A DNA stretch of 62,339 nt. Source: a virus. Lineage: Duplodnaviria > Caudoviricetes. The notes below the pieces were generated by a model. That model was given only the letters and a program-made list of their open reading frames with translations, did not search any database and had not been told where the DNA came from. Positions 60,301 to 62,339 of the stretch are shown piece after piece (within the stretch, counting starts at the first letter, position 1; every line of letters starts with the position of its first letter). The translations under genes and the position numbers were made by a program. The DNA is taken from positions 1-62,339 of IMG/VR virus record IMGVR_UViG_3300045806_000066; one strand, 5' to 3'.

Positions 60301-62289
60301 CGCCTCGGCGGTATCGCCGCGCTGTTCGGCCGCCTTCTGGTCAGTGTAGAGTCCCTCGGTGCTCTCAATCTTGGCAATGTCCTCTTTGGTGCCAACCTGC
60401 GTCTCCGCAATCCGGTTGGCGTCACCTTCCTGCCCGATGGGACTCTTGAGCTGGGTCACGTCCACGCCGGGCGCTTCGATCTTGCTCTCCACGGTGCCGG
60501 GGAACTGCACTTTGATGTTCTCGGCTACCTGCTTGGCCTGCTCGGGAGTCTCCGCCGACGCGCGCGCCCCCAGCACATCCTGCGGGGTCTCGCCATTGCG
60601 CGTCTCCTTGGACTTCATGCTAGCGGGAGTTTTGACACGCGAGCCTTCGAGTTCTCCGCCCGCCGCTTGCGCCGCCTGGGTGACAGCCTGCTCGAACTCC
60701 GGCTTCTGTTCCTTGGCCGACTCGCGCAGGTCCGCGTGGTCGGTGCTGCCCTGGATGGGCTCGACGGTTGCGGCGGCATCGGATGGCGGCATCTCGTGAC
60801 CGCTGTACGTCCGCACCGTAGGATCATTGAGCAATCCGGCTGACTTCGCTTCTGGCGTGCGCGGGATCTCAACACCGATCTTCGTGCCGCCAATCTTCAC
60901 GCCTCCACGGTAAGCTTCTGGCGTGCGAGCGACAGCACCTTGCACTTTGTTATCAAACGCCGATGCTCCGAAACCGATTACATCGCCCGTCTTTGGGTCG
61001 CGTAGAGAGACCAATTTCCCGCCGACGAACGCCGGAATCCAGAAAGCCGCCGAACGGATATTGTCTTCCGTCTCCTTGCTCGCACCAGCGGCATGGGCCA
61101 AGTGTCCGGCTGCTTCACTCGAAACAGCGCCCGCCCCGAAACCTTTGGCGAGTCCTACGGGGTTCTCCACCGCGTCAATGCCGATGAACGGCTGAGCGAT
61201 GTCGCCCACGCCAGCCAGTGCCTTGGCTACGCCAGCACCACGGCTGCCACCTTCGCCGGTAATGGCCTGTGCGGTGCCCGAGGCAGTAGTGCCAACGCCG
61301 GGGAATACAGCGTTCCCCACCGCTTCTCCTGGGTTCTCCAGTGCGTACTTTTTCCATGCGTCGGCTTGGCGCGATATTTCTTCATAGCTCAGATGGGAGG
61401 TAAGCCGCCCTTCCTTCTCGCCTTCACCAGTGATTACCTGATCGAGCATCCGGGTATCTGGCTCAACCTGCACGTTCGGCTGCGCTGGTCCGGCCAAGCG
61501 TACCGGCTGGGCTGCTGGCGGCGGACGCACACCATCACTTCCCAGCGGGCCGGGCTCGTATTGAGTGGCTGCCCGATAGTTTGCCAGTTCGGCATTGTAG
61601 GCTTGCGAGGCGGCCCGGCTAGGAGCACTGGCGGCCAGCTTGGAGTACCCGGCGTGAACCGTTTGCGCGAGCTGGTTGCGGTGGTCAACCTGAGCATTGA
61701 ACGCATCGAGAGCCGATTGGTTCGTAGAGTCGAGCGTCTTCCGCTGCGCATCGAGGTCAGCGTCAATCTTCGCGATGGAATCACCCAGCGCCTTGAGTCC
61801 TACGGCTTGCTGGTTCTGCTGCTGGATGGCGGCATTTTGCTGCTGCACTGCCGGGGCCAGCTTTGCGAGCTTCTGGTCTGCGATCTGCGCGCGCTGTGGG
61901 GCCAATGTCAGGTTCGACATGGACTGCTGCTGTTCGGCGTGGGTCGGCTGACGGAACGGGGTAAGAGCATCCTCTTTGCCGGATTGCGTCACACTCTGCT
62001 GAAATGCCTGCTCACCCTGAGACAGCGGCTTGGGTGGGGCTGACATAAGCGGCGCGAGCGGGGTGCTCGCCTGTTTCGGAGCAAGCTGTGGCATCGTGGC
62101 GCGGTCAATTTGCGCGGACGCATCGCTCTTGGACATAACTGCGGGTTGCGGTGCGGCTGGCTGTGGCGCTGGGGGAACTTGCGCGAGTGGCTGTGCCTTG
62201 CTGAAATCGAGCGTAACTCCGCTATCGGGCTGGCTCGCTTCAATCGGTTGCGCCTTGGAGAAGTCCAGAGTTACCGTGCCGTCAGCCAT
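51310..62289 (-). CDS. Giant DarB-like polyvalent internal virion protein (RelA/SpoT-like, 2H phosphoesterase, HAD, N6-adenine MTase, strawberry-notch helicase)
   Basis: RVK..S..K..R..DVLGAR; HVT and HAT; DLDGT; EPSAGNG and NPPF; GDGTGVGKGR, DESH, SATA, NPLDELI and GRFNRSNQ. Confidence 0.88.
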   Translation of the reverse strand: MADGTVTLDFSKAQPIEASQPDSGVTLDFSKAQPLAQVPPAPQPAAPQPAVMSKSDASAQIDRATMPQLAPKQASTPLAPLMSAPPKPLSQGEQAFQQSVTQSGKEDALTPFRQPTHAEQQQSMSNLTLAPQRAQIADQKLAKLAPAVQQQNAAIQQQNQQAVGLKALGDSIAKIDADLDAQRKTLDSTNQSALDAFNAQVDHRNQLAQTVHAGYSKLAASAPSRAASQAYNAELANYRAATQYEPGPLGSDGVRPPPAAQPVRLAGPAQPNVQVEPDTRMLDQVITGEGEKEGRLTSHLSYEEISRQADAWKKYALENPGEAVGNAVFPGVGTTASGTAQAITGEGGSRGAGVAKALAGVGDIAQPFIGIDAVENPVGLAKGFGAGAVSSEAAGHLAHAAGASKETEDNIRSAAFWIPAFVGGKLVSLRDPKTGDVIGFGASAFDNKVQGAVARTPEAYRGGVKIGGTKIGVEIPRTPEAKSAGLLNDPTVRTYSGHEMPPSDAAATVEPIQGSTDHADLRESAKEQKPEFEQAVTQAAQAAGGELEGSRVKTPASMKSKETRNGETPQDVLGARASAETPEQAKQVAENIKVQFPGTVESKIEAPGVDVTQLKSPIGQEGDANRIAETQVGTKEDIAKIESTEGLYTDQKAAEQRGDTAEAARIKQQIADEHAKGNGSTAELLTVSTPAPKAETSTKYKHGNTQAAIPHESEAGQALAMARARISKEDLMPTEFGGDQTTGLEEDPHVTVRYGIKGDDTAKLMAFIESQAPFEATLGKTASFPATEHSDGAAPIIAPVNAPELHRINAEIEKHGDFAPSSFPEYKPHATVAYVDPAKASRYTGMSVTDGKKFTVSSISITDRNGNETPVQLKGAPETAGSKLRAAVDKAKNPQVAGAGSEGPAAAVSSAPAGIPQPVPPQAGSQPLAKGDTAMLDGKPVQVEYPGAPARNGGKAAPARVILPDGKKKLVADPAKLTKVEPQKVDIAAEAADAEAPAGKKSIAVDLDGTLANYEGFKGKTVIGEPVPAMVEKVKQALAAGNKVTIFTARVADDPTGETKQAIEQWSQKHLGQVLPVTAVKSPHFKEFWDDRAKQVGENTGDFVADDTKPETPGSKLRAAGEKAKALKNGDLVTYDSKDGFSSGIGRVRNLFDGTGSVSIEKVTGRGEGIGQIVMAKRESLKPYTYPPERAPEAPKPTKAALVPTRGGIEVHPIQEKESPKLSGDLIIKNLRGETVKRIPDEPVTKSEQEPVRALINAIYDKLEAGESLGNVTELNKLGEQYLGGSRTSGDWTPKDLFDAMEASVNKYLLKHGDELMKMDGIEGLAKLRELMPRLTSQGVRTEEQIKNQQFSTPPTESYVAAKVANLTPSDVVLEPSAGNGGLAVWPKAIGAEVHVNEIAPRRQQMLEAAGFDKPTAHDGELINALLDHSIKPTVILMNPPFSASTTKSYEAKNSNVYGYNHVDQALQRLAPGGRLVAILGGGQANEPEGGASLHGGQSGAWFAKVAQQYNVRANIRVNGKEYQKYGTSFATRIIVIDKDGPTPSFSGSTISKNVDTLEEAYNALKPVEESRPANVTNETRPGRSGSSGIRQGSTGSSVAANSDAGSTGVRGVPGRSAGVDGEVPAVARPAGNRPDVAAPRPANGAQQLPVPQQESEAPANNERAAAGSVGGSPENADGKRQVAVRGLDLEQVATREAGRDQEDESAYATYKPTLKGAEHPGSIVETKSMATVPMPPLTYKPSLPESVVGKASDNYAGAKLSAVQLEAVSIAGMQNDIILPSGARASALIGDGTGVGKGRIGAGILLDNWNKGRKRLLWVTKSKDLIADAGRDLEGIGAKQLAKSLRDLGKIPSGAPIEHEGVMFTTWSLLRSADKKGNTRAMQLDKWLRGEDGGDGGYMLMDESHALKNAVVSKGQQASQVGETVKKFLDNMPGLRTVSLSATAATDVMNLGYLDRLGLWGPGTPFPGGFTQFAAEISHGGMSAMEMIARELKAQGKYVSRTLTFKGVEYREIQHVITPEQKQVYAAAAAAWRSIYESVEKTIATTTNGGGMQKGRAMSAFFSTQQRFFNLLLTSIKIPTAVAEAEKALAGWTDEDGTKHEPMSVGITLINTNEAAQNREKDRVAAEDRGEEREEPDYDFGPGKMLKDMVAEHYPVQQYKDDIDSNGKPIKVPVFVKDKNGNDTSQPVLNPTAVAAREALLEKLDQLKMPSNPLDELIEQLGGPSKVAELTGRKQRYDPATNRLVNRGGNGVSQDKVNQSEMANFQSGKKRVAILSSAADTGISLHSDKGAKNQQRRLCLTLQVGWSADKAMQMNGRFNRSNQVNAPEYGLLKTDLGGESRFISSIAKRMESLEALSKGQTKTNTGTEAMSKVNFETEQGKAAANSFYQQLLRGTAIPETKGADGEPISGYDVLKELRVLKTDKDGNTTVPLADRTNVTRLLNRLLALDPDLQQPVYNYFYNIFDAVVKQAIADGTLDTGVKKIPGDSFAVKEFRTLASDPTTGAKTFYYPVDAQVRTERRPAESAEKEFNKAKAKSEHPRVLRNDKGQLVMTADAHAIVHADGHTEEAVWATRPEAGTWTKRPASDFYRWTPVDKAVQQALTDAANKLERAQSDEKYKTEQLAEAQENEKNGTYNYRSPAEIQPRVDQAKADVKAAKAALTAANAAARKSHPFDLIRDEWQKQYEAAPTHTTTAHHLIGGAVMRYWNAIREASGARMEVYSTVDEKTGQRVVGIDIPTSKIKGLLDRISGGSSTIDARQILEDVLKNGSQYELEGGVKVSRGRVAGTNVVKFVTANPAVQNDLKSKGVLYERGVQPIYYLPTDTSFGGDQVKAHDILEKILKQYPAKVDTGSADQTAPDRSGESGFARGSLLTSPVTVPIELAIRAAKAVKAGNNAYDEMMDGFIQKAGLGRAHHQVEAVDPQAAADLREIDAAPQAYRFEGEAIGKKITAGMTREQERGLVLMADEASRENLEANHPEEFEQFSNDPLIQKALEAYEPIQDEMREDRRAHGDAIIEESFLHRVYPKDIEGIGSPDGKRKAPKGSGGDDTVTTQKLNNKGRIASAEYFYEHGLHEFGPSFVPGYVSTKLKLVEDKAAAHVMAKATLVSPGDEHPDSIVYDGKVFYSPEAARQIREAVKAGTAPDDLPGTIREYGEFQNTSPEKRAAAAESTRDRLAKAVIAAHERASGTKLTEDDMDALLGMAHARPAQEPIYLAPKEVTDAFNGGYKHVIRPWVKAAGELMEPITGMVRGQLISMGFGASHIKNILRRVMLHRPMGQLDPRAYADAWNVLFDKELKRRGISGVDDPAFKALLRHNGISVQGIENFKTLIESNTDANVVERTWNLIKAAAKEQADYTTKTFPQRLRQAMNSRDDQGQIRSLPFRAAMTASTAIGSGVQAIGLQGLKFIGHHNIFKPGGPDNSARLWMYGMIRTEHPEATDDMIANQVNEELGRYARGSWTDMQHDMAPFMTFPGWGYSSVAYALKHPLKATICAALLTLLANKVIHALGKNKRKDSTDLQHVHIGNSSVTDNLFRERLANAEMGTALRFGASKLLGHSNKKAWEDAQIGIPSDAGAFVGEANPLISTPVEMWANKDMQDGKRIFGKGKSGEGVGTYAGRKLFPIVSSTVGTSSPTNKQPAWAALLRNLGTSVSKQKH
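57219..57566 (-). CDS. Nested out-of-frame 115-aa helical protein inside the giant gene
   Basis: GAGG 7 nt before ATG; globular-looking sequence exactly where the host frame is a low-complexity linker. Confidence 0.65.
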   Translation of the reverse strand: MSPTKLDQDAAVALGFGKVPPEVAWRQIQTQVAQAFEEYPDEAQALMEKYQPSLDQQEIDLTLQRLDPQTGLNNFQYLNKKVKLQQIMKEPPLEVLEEVLKMLTVSDKWQSEVST

Positions 62290-62339
62290 TATTGCGCCAG
62301 TCCAAGATTGCTTTTGCCGTCGCTCCAGTAAAGTTTCCC
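62213..62339. repeat. Terminal direct repeat, right copy
   Basis: Identical to 1-127. Confidence 0.95.

Overview
The window looks like one complete circular tailed-phage genome of about 62,212 bp, because bases 1-127 are repeated exactly at 62213-62339. It is GC-rich. A long minus-strand late operon runs from about 28.5 kb through the junction to about 47.2 kb. In order it encodes an HNH protein, TerS, six consecutive signal-peptide-bearing fibre/beta-helix proteins, portal, scaffold, major capsid, adaptor, a tRNA-like RNA, a short-tail nozzle, ejection proteins, a 3659-aa DarB-like polyvalent protein, TerL and lysis genes. A minus-strand early/replication block (45.7-33.8 kb) encodes a YqaJ exonuclease, a putative annealase, ASCH, a Fis-like HTH, an initiator with internal iterons, DnaB, an MmcB-like nuclease, RusA and a PAPS-reductase-family protein. 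A plus-strand accessory block (28.8-33.5 kb) contains an internally deleted IS1595-family element. No tape measure, integrase, DNA/RNA polymerase, reverse transcriptase or CRISPR array was recognised. Podovirus-like morphology and an Acidobacteriota-like host are inferences. The most interesting observations are the cluster of apparently exported, disulfide-patterned fibre-like proteins, the giant protein carrying RelA/SpoT-like, Acb1-like 2H, HAD, methyltransferase and strawberry-notch domains plus a nested out-of-frame gene, and a tRNA-Leu-like RNA with no canonical anticodon loop. All functional calls come from motif recognition by eye; no searches were run.
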